From contig OZ024742.1 of the NCBI GenBank assembly GCA_964016885.1, positions 137,392,001-137,456,000 on the forward strand: a stretch of 64,000 nt of DNA, written 5' to 3'. Both the position numbers and the translations under genes were made by a program. This DNA comes from Eledone cirrhosa. Taxonomy: Eukaryota. The notes beneath the pieces are model-generated. The model did no database searches. It was not told the origin of the DNA and worked only from the letters and a program-made list of their open reading frames with translations. The stretch's first letter is position 1, and every line of letters begins with the position of its first letter. Shown one piece after another: positions 51,201 to 64,000 of this stretch.

Positions 51201-53165
51201 TCCGAAAAAGCACAGCAACTCCTGCCCCCGATCCAGGACGGCTGGGAGATGCGTACACATCGTAGCCGCCGAAGATCGGTGCGAAGGCCCGTTCTTCGGA
51301 GATTCTGGTCTCGCTGATGGCCACTACATCTATGTTTAGTGACCTGAGATCGTTGAGCAGGTGGCCCTGCTTCCATGACGACCCCTATCCACGCGCATTT
51401 ATGCTGCCTATTCTGAGTGATGTCATGTTGAAATAGAGTGGAAAAGATGGAAAAGACTACTTACCTTACTTCTCGTAGATGAAGGATGGTTTATCCATCC
51501 TTTTCACTGCTTGTGGCCTCATCCGGAAGGATGTCCTTAGACATCCGCCTGGAGAGTACTTGTCGGAAGTCTCCGATGTCTTTGGGGAATTTTTTTTTAC
51601 TATCGTCTACGTTTTCTGTGTGATGCGAGTGATTTGTATTTGTGGAGGTCGTGTGACCTTTTGGGTTGTTGTGTTGTCTTTTTCTGTGATGCTGGTGTTG
51701 TGTTGGATGTAGTGTAATAATTGGTTGTTGTTCAAATGTAATGCTGTGTAGTGTGTATCGTTTTGGTTGTTTTGTTTTGTTTGCGTTTGTTCTGTTTGTT
51801 TCTGTTTCGCTTTTTGGTGACTATTGTGGTGTTGGTGATGGTGGTGTTGGGGTTAATGATGGTGATGGTGTTGGTGTTTGTGGTGATGGGGTTGGTGAAG
51901 CTGGTGTGGATAGTGGCATAGCTGTCCTAACTTTTTTGTTTGATAGTTTATTTGTTTCCCTCTGTATTTAGTTTTTGGAGGGGGAAGGAAGAGGATATTT
52001 TCTTTTTTGGTTTCTTTTTCTTTCACTCTTTTTTCCTGATACCGTTTCCCACTCCTCGTCGTCACAATCTGTCTCCAGTTGCGATAGGATGGGGAGTGAA
52101 AAATCTCTCCACAGGCGTTGGTTTTGGTTGTGGCGTGGTGGATGGTGTAGGCGCTGGTGCTAGTTCTGGCACGTTGGGTGGTGTTGGTGTTGGTTTTGCT
52201 ACAGTTGCTGTTACAGTTGCTTCTGTTGTTGCTGCTAGTTCTGCTGCTGCTGGTGTTGATGGTTGAGTCACTAAGGTGGGTAAGAGAGGTGGCCTCAACT
52301 TTTTAGCCTGAGGGCAGAAAGCCCTTAGGTGGGTTCCTTCACTACAAGCGACACACCTAGGCCTTCTGCCCTCAATGATTACGGTGAGGTGGCTGCCGTG
52401 AGTGAGGTCTATTACCTATGGGGTCACCTCAATGCTTTTTTGGTCCGCTTGGATCAGGAGCTCCATCCCAGATCCGGACCAGTTCTCCTGCTTTTCTTTC
52501 GCTATTTCGATTATGTTGGTGTTGGACTCGATGCCGGCGAGGACGGAAGCTATTAGCCAGGGGATTTCGATTGCCAGTGGAACGTGGGTCATCCTGATCT
52601 TCACGAGTCCCTGGCCACAATAGCTTGGGACGAGTGTGAAGTCGTCACTTCTAAATGGGGCCATGGAGTGTTCTCTGGCCTCCTGTGGTGTTCCAAAGAA
52701 TACGTCCACGGTTCATATTTTTGCCCACATCTGATGTGGGGTTTTTTTGCCCACACATGTCCCAAAGCTTTTTGGATTTAGGACTCGGATGCCCGTGCCA
52801 CTCAGCACGATTTTATGTTAATCGTCCGATAAGACATTTTATTAGGTGGGGGGTGAGGCTGACACTGTACCCCTCTTTCTTTACCATTCTCTTGGTTTCA
52901 TCTAATTCCTCCTGAGTTACCTGGATTGCTTCGCCCTTTTTTGCTACTCTGGCAAAAGACAGGGTGGTTTTCTTATTCTCATTGTTGTTGTTGCTGTTGT
53001 TGTTATCGTTAATTTTGTTTTTGTTATTTTTAGTTTCAGTTGTGGTGGTGGTGGCGTCAGTGGTGTTCGGTGTGGAAGAGTCCATTGTGGGTGAATCCAT
53101 TTCGATGTCACGAGATAATTTTTTTTTCTTTTGTTTCTGTTGTCGCTGTGGTGGTGGTGGTGGTA
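48286..53165 (-). mobile_element. Tx1 family A, lacking its 5' end, several internal deletions
   Basis: ORF1 pieces 52813-53187 and 52416-52709. ORF2 from ATG 51426 (AISETR, VAVYAP, VGDWNG, NLDQSKAFDRVDH, QGCPLS, SAYADD). Tail 'cccttgtggttaataaggaaagcattatt'. Confidence 0.92.
48542..51426 (-). pseudogene. Tx1-A ORF2 (APE + RT), disrupted
   Basis: ORF pieces 50881-51324, 50348-50713, 49958-50218, 49544-49948, 48734-49009 and 48542-48727. Confidence 0.88.
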
Positions 53166-53185
53166 AAAGATTAAATTTTGTTTTC

Positions 53186-56100
53186 AAAAATTGGCTGGGC
53201 AGGCTCGGGTAATAAGAACTAATGGGTGGATAAGCGAGCTGGAACTGGAGGAATTGAGCAGAGAGATTAGGTTGGAAATGGAGAGTGGAGTATGCCAGGC
53301 AAACGAGCCAGTGGAAAATGAAGATGAAGCGGTTGAGGGAACGGAGGAACCATCCGAAGCAGACAATGATCTGAATGCTGGAATAAATAATACCTGGAAC
53401 AAAGATACGGCCATTGAGGTGATGAATGCCGACGGGCTAGGAAAACATTTGGTTGATATCCTAAACTTAGTGGTAGATGAAATGAACAATGATAGTAGGA
53501 AACCTATGAACTTAAGATTTATAGACAGGAAAAAGTTAAAAGAAACAACAGCTAAGGTAAACAAAGTCATCCCATACCTTGAGGCGAGGAGCCTTCACCA
53601 GTGCAACAATATCCTCAAAGCAACAGCAAATGCGGTGAGGAAATTACTTGGCATAAAAGCGAGAGAATACAAAAAACAAGAAAGATCAGAACCTTGGTGG
53701 AAGAAACGACTGAATAGACATATCAGGGAAATGAGAAATGACTTGGAAAGCTTGAGTCCCTACTGAAGTGGACACTAAAAAACATAGACCCTAAAAATAG
53801 ACTGGAAATAAAGTACAAAACTTGGAGGAAAAGGCTAAATATTATCATAGAGGAACTGAAGCAACGCATTGTAGCAAAGAGTGCAAAAATTAGGCGATAC
53901 GAGAGCAGTGTCAGTCAGTATAGACAGAACCGCATGTTTGACAACAACCAGAAGATGTTGTTTGGACAGCTTGAAGGGAAAGAAAGAGGCAACGACTTGA
54001 TCCCTGAGGCGGAACAAACTAAGACATTCTGGAGAGGAATATGGGAGCAGGATGTTAAACATAATGACCAGGCAGTGTGGATTGAGACAGTACAAAAGGA
54101 GATTAGTGAACAGGCACACCAACAAACTGATTTGAGTATCACAGTTGAAATTCTTAAGAGGCAGGCCGAAAAACTAACAAACTAAAAATCACCAGGCCCA
54201 GATGGTGTGCAGGGGTATTGGATTAAAAATGTAACGTCCCTCCACCCGAAACTGACAGCCATGTTCAATGACTGCTTGATGTTAGGTGAGGCACCAGAGT
54301 GGTTGACAAAAAGTACCACAGTTCTGGTAATGAAAGACTGAATCAAGGGTAATGATGTTACCAACTATAGACCTATCACATATCTGTCCGTAATGTGGAA
54401 ACTGTTGACAAGCATTGTGTCTGAGGGAATCTACCATCACCTCCACACAAACAACTTGTTACCGGACGAACAGAAAGGATGCCGAAAGAAGTCCCGTGGT
54501 ACAAAGGACCAGTTACTTATTGATAAGATGGTAATGAGGAATTGCAAGAGGAGACCCATTGATCTTGCCATGGGATGGATAGACTACAAAAACGCATTTG
54601 ACATGGTGCCTCATTCTTGGATCACCAAAAGTCTAGAGATCTTCAAGGTGGCAGATAACATCAGACAGTTGTTGGGCAAAAGTAGTAAGTATGAAGTCCT
54701 GGAAAACTGATTTAACATCAGCTGGAGAATCCTTGGGAGGCGTGAAGATCAAGAGAGGTATCTTCCAGGGAGATAGTGTGTCCCCTCTGTTGTTTGTCCT
54801 TGCCCTGATGCCCCTGACCATTATACTGCGAAAAGTGAGAGCAGGATACAAGTTGGGAAAGGGAGACCTTACCATCAATCACCTCCTCTTCATTGACGAT
54901 CTTAAGGTCTTCGGGAAGAGTGAGAAGGAGTTGGATGTGCTTGTTGACACTGTCCGTATTTTCAGCAATGATATATGTATGCAATTTGGTATTAGTAAGT
55001 GTGGAGCCCTTGTGATGAAGATGGGTAAATTGAGCAGAAGCAACGGAATCCAGGTACCAACAGGTGAGATGATAAAGGAAATTGACACTGAAGAAGGATA
55101 CAATTATTTGGGTGTTCTGGAGGATGATGACATCAAGAATAAAAATATGAAGGAATTGATAAGATCTGAATACATTCGGAGAGTAAGGAGCGTATTAAAG
55201 TCACATCTGAACTGTAGGAATGCCATAAGTGCAGTAAATTCCCGAGCTGTGTCTATTATTAGGTACAGTGCGGGAATTCTGAGATGGAATGTTGCTGAAC
55301 AAAAAGAAATGGATAGGAAGACTAGGAAGCTATTGACAATCTACAACATGTTCCACAAGAGGAGTGATGTCGATAGACTCTACTTAAGGAGATCTGAAGG
55401 TGGAAGAGGTCTTATCAGCATAGAGGACAGTGTTCAGATGCAGAAAAACAACCTGCACAAATACGTGACTGATAGTAAGGAGCAAATGCTCAGAACTGTA
55501 CTGAAGGAGAGGACAATAGACCAGGGGATGTCCAAGGAGGAAATAACAACAAGGAGAAAGAGCAACCTTCATGAAAAATCCCCTCATAGTAACTTCTTTG
55601 AGAAAACTGAATTCAGAGATCCACAGACATGGAACTGGTTGAAAAGAGGAGACCTTAAAAAGGCTACAGAAGGAATGTTAATGGCTGCTCAAGAGCAGCC
55701 CTCAAAACGAAGGGGTTGAAACACCATAATTACAAGGAGGAGGCTAGCCCACTGTGACGGATCTGTGGAGAGAGAGAGGAGACTGTGGCTCACATTATAT
55801 CCGAGTGTAAACACCTAGCACAGACTCACTCAAAGGGCTAGAGACATGATGTCATGGGCAGGGTGATCCACTGGCACCTATGCAAAGTAAACAATTTACC
55901 ACATTCTGAGAAGTGGTATGAGCATAAGCCAGAGGCGGTGATAGAAAACCATCAGGTGAAGGTGCTGTGGGATTTTAGGATACAGACGGACAAGAAACTG
56001 GAACACAATAGACCTGACCTGGTGGTTTTGGACAAAGAAAAAAGATCGTGCCTGATTGTGGATGTGGTCTGCCCATTCGACACGGGAGTGCAAGAGAAGG

Positions 56101-56422
56101 AGAGGGAGAAAATTAACCGATACCAGGACTTAAAGTGGGAGGTAAAAAGGATTTGGAACTACCATGAAGTCAAAGTGGTCCCGATTGTCATAGGCGCAAT
56201 AGGTACTATCTCAAAATGTTTCCAGGGATGGTTAAAGAAAATTGGCCCCGCCACGCTTTTTGAAACGCTTCAAAAGGCATGCCTGCTGGGAGCAGCAAGA
56301 ACCCTCCGATACGTCCTGAATATCTGAGGCTGCAGGTAGTGGCTTGATATTCATTTCAACAAACTTTCCAGTTAACTAACATCAATGATTGTGACTCAAA
56401 GAACAATAATAATAATAATAAT
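53186..56422 (+). mobile_element. Dong-A, 5'-truncated, with (TAA)n tail
   Basis: Closely matches the reverse complement of 705-3705. RT 54691-55719, RLE 55854-56327, end 'gactcaaagaacaataataat'. Confidence 0.93.
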
Positions 56423-59400
56423 TAAAAAATGAATTAAAATGAACCATGTGTCAGTGAAAACGCGGTAAATTGTAACAAAATGAAGCATGCGTCAGTGAAA
56501 ATGAGGTAAATTGTAACACCTCGAATCCCAGGGTTTAGGCGGAATCACTGACAACAGACCAAATTAAAGAAAGGATCGAAAAAGTGGTGGGAGTGCATGC
56601 TCAAGATGAAACTCCAAATGAAAACAATGAGATCGTAAATGATAAAGAAATGTTTGAGAATGAACTTGCCAACTTGAAGGATGAAATTATGATCGAATGG
56701 ATGAAAATGAAAGAATCTGACATGGGGGAACGAGACACCCTCCCTAAGATCCAGAACTCCAAACAGAACCAAAAGATAATACACAAGACTAACATAATTC
56801 TCAAAAACATTATCATCACAAACAAACTAAACATTACTGATTTAAATCATCTCTATTAGGCATTGGCTAAAGTCACCACTCACTTATGTGGAGTGAAAAT
56901 GAAAAAACAAAGGAATTCCCACAAGAAATCTACTTGGCAAGAGAACATCAATCGCCAAATAAACCTTCTCCGATCTGACATAGAAATGTTAACAAACTAC
57001 AAAGTAGGTGAACATGTTAAACAAACTAAACTTAGAAAATTGAAAAGAAAATACAGTATAAAATCAACAAGTGACATAGATATGCTGATAGAAATAATAA
57101 GCAAAAAGTGTCGGCCAAAGCTGCTCGTATAAGGCGCTTTGAAAAACGATCTAGATTCTATAAGAACAATAATATGTTCAAAAGCAACCAAAGAAACTTC
57201 TACAGAAAAATTGGCAAGTCAACAATAACTGCTAAATCAATACCACCCAAGGAGGAAGTGCAAGAATTCTGGGAAAAGATCTGGGCCGAAGAAAAAGTTC
57301 ATAATATACATGCCCCATGGATAGACAGACAAATGAAAGATACAGCTCACCTTGAGGAACAGATATGGGAAAATAATAGAAAAACCAGCAAATGGAAATC
57401 CCCAGAAAAAGACAAAACGCCAAATTTTTGGATAAATGCCTTCACAGAGTCTCATGAGCTGTTAGCCCAACTTCACAATGAAATAGTTAAGGAGCCAGAA
57501 AAGATACCATCATGGCTAGATAACGGCATTACATTCCTGCTTCCGAAGAATGACGAGACAAACAATCCCCAAAATTACAGACCGATAACTTGCTTGACCA
57601 CAATGTATAAAATGTTAACATCAGTCCTAACTGAATATACATATGACCACCTGATAACAAATGACCTATTTCCCAATGAGCAGAAAGGGTGTAAACGAGG
57701 CTCATATGTCTGTAAGGATCAGCTTTTGGTTAACAAAATGATACCGGAAGATTGTCATAATAGACACAAAAATCTATCAATTGCTTGGATAGATTATAAA
57801 AAAGCATTCCATAGTTTTCCACAGTTGGATTGAAAAATGTTTAGAGATTTTCAAAATATCTCCCATTGTCAGGGGGTTCTTGTCATTCAGTATGAAGACA
57901 TGGAAAACGACACTCCTTTTGAATAGTGAAACAAAATCACTGGAAGTTGGAGACGTTAATATTAATTGTGGAATTTTTCAGGGTGACTCTTTATCACCGC
58001 TTTTATTCTGCATCGCGCTTATACCATTAAGTAAAATGCTCAATGAAACAAAACATGCATATAAAGTCTATGACAAAACCATTAATCACTTGTTCTACAT
58101 GGATGACCTGAAACTATTTGAAAAAAATGATGAACAATTGCAAGGGCTATTATCCACTGTGGAGCAGTTCAGTGATGACATTAAAATGGAGTTTGGACTA
58201 GATAAATGCGCCAAAGCAACGTTCACCAGAGGAAAGCTGCTGAAAAGTTCAGACATTAATCTTGATCGGGGGAATGTGATAAGAGAACTTGATCAAGAGG
58301 AAAATTACAAATATCTAGGTGCTTGTGAAGGAGATGGAATCAAGCACTCGACAATGAGGGAAAGGATAAGGAAGGAATGTTACCGCAGAGTAAGACCAAT
58401 CTTAAGAACGGAATTGAAAGCAAGGAATAGGATCGATACCATAAACACGCTTGCCATACCAGTAGTAACCTTTAGTTACACTGTGATCAACTGGTCAAGC
58501 ACAGAGTTCCGTAGGCTCGATACAAAAATCCGAAAATTCTTAACCATGCACAGAATGCAACACCCTAAGGCAGATACATATAGAATATATCTCCCTAGGA
58601 AAGAAGGAGGACGTCGGTTAATCCAGTTAGATATTGCGTTGAAAACTGCAACAATTGGATTATCTACATATCTAAGGGAATCACATGATTGGATGATCAA
58701 ACTCGTTTTGAAACACGAAAGCATCAAAAGATAATACTCCATTACAAAAGATGCACAAAGATACAGTGATGGACTACAAATTTCAGAAGTCCCATTTACT
58801 GCTGAAATGGAAAACACAGAAAAAGCAAAGCAGGTAAAAGTAACTGCAAAGAAAGAACTGCTACAGAAACTGGCTAAGAAATGGCAGGAAAAGCCTCTGT
58901 ATGGAAAATACCCAGAAAGAGCTAACAATCCTGATGTTGACAAAAGTTTAACCCATCAGTGGTTGGCATCCTCTGAACTGAAATCGGAGACTGAAGGACT
59001 GATTATATCAGCACAAGATCAGTGTCTGTCAACAAAAAATGACCAAGCCAACATAATAAAAAATGGATGCAACCCATTATGCCGTGTATGTAAAAATCAA
59101 CCAGAGACCATTGATCATATAATTTCAATGTGTAGTCCTATAGCTCCAACCGAATACCTAAGCAGGCATGACAGAGCTGCACAATACATACATTGGATAA
59201 TGTGTAAGCATTTTGACCTGCCCCATCAAAAGAATTGGTGGGAGCATCAACCACCCACCTTACTTGAAAAAGATCACATCTCCAGCTTGTCGTACTTTAG
59301 CATACAAACAGACCGAAAAATAGATGCAAATAGACCTGATATAATATTGAAGGACTTTAAAAAGAGGGTATGCCTGCTAATTGATATGTCCGTTCAAATT

Positions 59401-59807
59401 GACAAGAATGTATCTATAAAAACATTTGAAAAATTGAGCAAGTATAAGGACCTGGAGATAGAAATTGGAAAAATGTGCAAATTGAGAACTAAAACAATAC
59501 CAGTGGTTGTAGGCGCTCTAGGAATGATACCTAAGGGGTCTAACGATTACTTTTCGCAAATCCCAGGAAACCCGCGTATAGGAGAAATACAAAAGATAAT
59601 ACTAATGGGAACTACCCATACACTAAGGAAGATTCTGTCAATATAAGTACAACACAAGTCTAAACACCTAAAGTTGCATGTGTGTGTATGTATGTTCTTA
59701 CTTGAACATGGCGGACATTGTTGTCTCTTGAGGACACTGGTTGTGACTTGGTGATATCACAAGGGCCGATATCTAGGGGAAATACAAAGACAGGGAATAA
59801 AAATAAA

Positions 59808-59838
<31 letters not shown>
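56423..59838 (+). mobile_element. Second R4/Dong family (Dong-B), with (TAA)n tail
   Basis: ORF pieces 57108-57833 (NYRPITCL), 57880-58734 (QGDSLSPLLF, HLFYMDD) and 58807-59646 (CRVC...HIISMC, RHD, NRPDII, EKLSKYKDL). Inserted in the tail of Dong-A. Confidence 0.92.
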
Positions 59839-59839
<1 letters not shown>

Positions 59840-62094
59840 CTTCTTTATTGGCCACAAGGGCTGACATCAAGAAAAACATTACAGACGGCACAGGACGGTA
59901 CAGGACGGTACGATGTGGGTTTTGTTCGTGTAAAGATGTTTATTATTTATATAAGAAAGGAAAAAGAAACAGTCATAGAAACATATATACATATTAAAAA
60001 AAAAAATGAAAATTGAAACAATGAAAAATTCCCCAATAGGGGGGAAACCTCCGAGGGTTACTCGTGGCGAAAACCACACAAAAGACCACGGCCACCCTTA
60101 CCACCAGAGCAAGCGCCCTCTCTCATGTTTGCCATTTCTCAAACTACAGGCGTATATTCAGAGTGGTCCCGTTCACTCGGACCATTCTCGTTACATTCAC
60201 CCACCTTTCAACAAACTTGCTAGAAAGCAGCACTTGCCTCTCCACCCTGATTTTCCTCTTCAAGTGAAACTTGAATAAGTTAATTAGGGATTGGCCGAAG
60301 AGGAAAGTGTATGTATTTAACCCTTTCAACCTTGTCCATCACACAATCTCTTTCTCCATGGCCACCAGGCACATGAAAACCGCCTGCTCCTCCTCCTCGA
60401 GGGAAGACGGCGAGACCATCTGCACTATGGACTAAGTCGATAAGCGGATCAGTCCTACACGCGACAGTAACTGTTCGACATAGCTCCACAAGTCAGAAAT
60501 GCTCGGGCACTGAACGAGTGCGTTAAAGATGGTTTCGTCGCTCTGCGCGCATCTCGGACAGGCTCGACTGACGGCACTTCGTACCTGTAGAGCTTATCTT
60601 GAACCAGCAACGCTCCCCGGTAGCACTGCCAGGCCAGGGATTTTTGGAAGTTATCCATAGGCCCTGGGCTGAAAGTTCTCCGGAAGAGAGCAAACAGCTG
60701 ATCTTCTTCGACGCCCAGGATCTCTCCGAGAACGTCGTCGCTCTTCCCCTCCATGAGTCCTCTATAGAACGCCAAGGTGGATGTTCCACCGATACTGGTG
60801 CCCGGCTGGCAGAGGGCAGTGTGCGCCTGGAGACATTCCAGTTTCCAAGCGCTATCCTTCGGTCTTTTTCTGACCCAGTACTGCAGCTCCGTCAAGGAGA
60901 CGAGCTGTGGGAAAACGTTCCTGGCGAACGGCGACCACACCTGTTCACCGTCAAGGAAGCAGCAGAGATCTCGCAGCCTCAGCGCATGTTTGCGCATCAT
61001 CAGCCAAGGCATGCCCAGTCCTCCACGAAACGGGTGTTGACAGCAGATGGATCGTCTGACCATGGGAGCGCGTCCCTTCCACATAAAGCGGAAAAGGAGG
61101 CGCTCCATTTTGGTGAGAGTTGGGCCGGGGCAAGGGACGACGGTGATGCGGTAGCAGATGACGGACGCGATGTACGCATTTGCCACCTCCGCCCGGCATT
61201 TCAGGGACAGTTCCTCTCGGCCCAGTTCTGGGTGAGGGAGGCCACCTTGCTCGTCATCTCGCTCCAGTTTTTCTCCATCTGGAGTTCCACTCCGAACAAG
61301 ACCACGAGCAATTTAACCGGTCCTTCCGTCCAGCACCCCATTATGCTGTCGGACGGCATGGCTTTGCCTCTCCAGGTGCCGCGCTGCAAGTCTACCGACT
61401 TTTCCTGGTTTAGCTTTGCACCTGTCACCGCTTCGTATTCCTTGAGAGCGGTGGCGAGCATTTCGACTTGTCTGGTGCTCAGCACCACCACGGTAACGTC
61501 CTCAGCGTAAGCCGACTCGGATTTCCCGCATCCTAGTTCGCGTGGGACACCCCTCATCGCCCCCAGTTTGTGCAGTAATGGCTCGAGAGCCAATACGTAC
61601 AAGAGGGAAGAGAGGGGTAAACACTGGCGGACTGAGCGCATGATGCTGAACGGCTGCGACAGGTGACCGTTCACCCTCACAACTGAGCAGATGTCGCTGT
61701 ACATTGCTGCGATCCAACGCCTGAAAACGGGCCCGAAACCGGCTGCCTCGAGGACCGCCGCCAGGTACCGATGGTCGACCCTATCGAATGCTTTGGATTG
61801 ATCCAAGTTGATCAGGGCCCCACCGTTGCCAGGTTCCTTAACAACCCTCTCTATGATGTATCGCATGAGGTGGAGGTTGTCGTGTATGGATCTGTCCGGA
61901 ATGGCGTATGTCTGCGCCTCTCCCACCAGACCCTTGAAGACAAGCGCCAACCTCGTTGCTAACACCTTGGCCAAAATCTTGAACACTGCATTTAGCAGGG
62001 TTATGGGCCTGAAATTATCAATAACATCCCCCTTGATCGGGTCTTTTCTCAGCAGCGCCACTGCTCCCCGGCTCACAAAACTGGGAATGCTCCC
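59839..62094 (-). mobile_element. Tx1 family B-like, 3' half (RT to tail)
   Basis: ORFs 61201-62154 and 60455-61186 (KRPKDSAWKLE and GGTSTLAFY, as in 14480-15058). Tail 'gcccttgtggccaataaagaagtcattatt'. Confidence 0.92.
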
Positions 62095-62098
62095 ATAT

Positions 62099-62706
62099 AG
62101 ACTCACTATAAGGGCTGGAGACATGATGTGATTGGCAGGGTGATCCACTGGCACCTATGCAAAGTAAACAATTTACCACATTCTGAGAAGTGGTATGAGC
62201 ATAAGCCAGAGTCGGTGATAGAAAACGATCAGGTGAAGATGCTATGGGATTTTAGGATACAGACGGACAAGAAACTGGAACACAATAGACCTGACCTGGT
62301 GGTTTTGGACAAGGAAAAAAGATCGTGCCTGATTGTGGATGTGGCCTGCCCATTCGACACGAGAGTGCCAAAGAAGGAGAGGGAGAACATTAACCGATAC
62401 CAGGACTTAAAGTGGGAGGTAAAAATGATTTGGAACTGCCATGAAGTCAAAGTCGTCCCGATTGTTATAAGCGCACTAGGTACTATCTCAAAATGTTTCC
62501 AGGGATGGTTAAAGAAAATTGGCACCGCCACGCTTTTTGGAACGCTTCAAAAGGCATGCTTGCTGGTAACAGCAAGAACCCTCCGATACGTCCTGAATGT
62601 CCGAGGCTGCAGGTAGTGGCTTGATATTCATTTCAACAAACTTTCCAGTTAACTAACATCAATGACTAAGACTCAAAGAAAAATAATAATAATAATAATA
62701 ATAATA
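62099..62706 (+). mobile_element. Dong-A 3' fragment (RLE domain + 3'UTR + TAA tail)
   Basis: ORF 62128-62616 NRPDLVVLDKEK...INRYQDL. Confidence 0.92.
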
Positions 62707-62707
62707 A

Positions 62708-64000
62708 CCCCAAGAGTAACCCCAAGGGAAAAGGCTATAGGAAACGGAAGCATGACATCTGGAACAAGATTAGTATATTTAAATTAGATGAACAAAAATT
62801 GGCCGAGCAGGCTCGAGTAATAAGCACTAATGGGTGGATAAGCGAGCTGGAACTTGAGGAACTGAGCAGATAGATTAGGTTGTAAATGGAGAGTGGAGTA
62901 TGCCAGGCAAACGAGCCAGTGGGAAATGAACGTGAAGAGGTTGAGGGAACGGAGGAACCATCCGAAGCAGACAATGATCTGAATGCTGAAATAAATAATA
63001 CCTGGAACAAAGATACGGCCATTGAGGTGATGAATGCCGACGGGCTAGGAAAACATTTGGTTGATATCCTAAACTTAGTGGTAGATGAAATGAACAATGA
63101 TAGTAGGAAACCTATGAACTTAAGATTTATAGACAGGAAAAAGTTAAAAGAAACAACAGCTAAGGTAAACAAAGTCATCCCATACCTTGAGGCGAGGAGC
63201 CTTCACCAGTGCAACAATATCCTCAAAGCAACAGCAAATGCGGTGAGTAAATTACTTGGCATAAAAGCGAGAGAATACAAAAAACAAGAAAGATCAGAAC
63301 CTTGGTGGAAGAAACGACTGAATAGACATATCAGGGAAATGAGAAATGACTTGGAAAGCTTGAGTCCCTACTGAATGGGACACTAAAAACATAGACACTA
63401 AAAATAGACTGGAAATAAAGTACAAAACTTGGAGGAAAGGCTAAATATTATCATAGAGGAACTGAAGCAACGCATTGTAGCAAAGAATGCAAAAATTAGG
63501 CGATACGAGAGCAGAGTCAGTCAGTATAGACAGAACCGCATGTTTGACAACAACCAGAAGATGTTGTTTGGACAGCTTGAAGGGAAAGAAAGAGGCAACG
63601 ACTTGATCCCTGAGGCGGAACAAACTAAGACATTCTGGAGAGGAATATGGGAGCAGGATGTTAAACATAATGACCAGACAGTGTGGATTGAGACAGTACA
63701 AAAGGAGATTAGTGAACAGGCACACCAACAAACTGATTTGAGTATCACAGTTGAAATTCTTAAGAGGCAGGCCGAAAAACTAACAAACTGAAAATCACCA
63801 GGCCCAGATGGTGTGCAGGGGTATTGGATTAAAAATGTAACGTCCCTCCACCCGAAACTGACAACCATGTTCAATGACTGCTTGATGTCAGGTGAGGCAC
63901 CAGAGTGGTTGACAAAAAGTACCACAGTTCTGGTAATGAAAGACTGAATCAAGGGTAATGATGTTACCAACTATAGACCTATCACATATCTGTCCATAAT
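62708..64000 (+). mobile_element. Dong-A, 5'-truncated, running off the window
   Basis: Near-identical to 53186-54393 and starts right after a TAA tract. Confidence 0.92.

Noticed and set aside
60599-61510. 303-aa ORF antisense to Tx1 RT (and similar antisense ORFs)
   Set aside because: A shadow of GC-rich coding sequence; not kept open at this length in the other Tx1 copies.
62095-62115. T7-promoter-like 'atatagactcactataaggg' suggesting vector contamination
   Set aside because: It is native Dong-A coding sequence (QTHYK); the same motif is at 1275-1290 (-) and about 55821.

Overview
This is AT-rich, microsatellite-dense animal genomic DNA. The SINE type and repeat landscape suggest an octopod cephalopod (inference). 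I could not identify any host exon, rRNA, tRNA gene or CRISPR array. Two dense retrotransposon pile-ups (about 1-21.4 kb and 48.3-64 kb) are built on (TAA/TTA)n tracts. They contain R4/Dong-clade RLE LINEs (2 families), Tx1-clade APE LINEs (3 families) and a tRNA-derived SINE. Between them lie old RTE, Dong, Hero-like, Tc1 and LINE fossils, more SINEs, long microsatellites and Penelope-like palindromes with hammerhead-like motifs. All TE ORFs are disrupted. Main observations: (1) Dong always reads (TAA)n on its sense strand, while Tx1 and the SINE always read (TTA)n, so two unrelated endonucleases use one microsatellite in opposite orientations. (2) The SINE shares its 3' terminus and target site with the Tx1 families, a candidate Tx1/SINE pair; three SINEs appear to have inserted serially at one site. 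(3) Three divergent Tx1 families conserve a phase-1 GTAAGT donor at the end of ORF1, a 5'UTR hairpin and a 3'UTR CCCC-TATT-GGGG hairpin.
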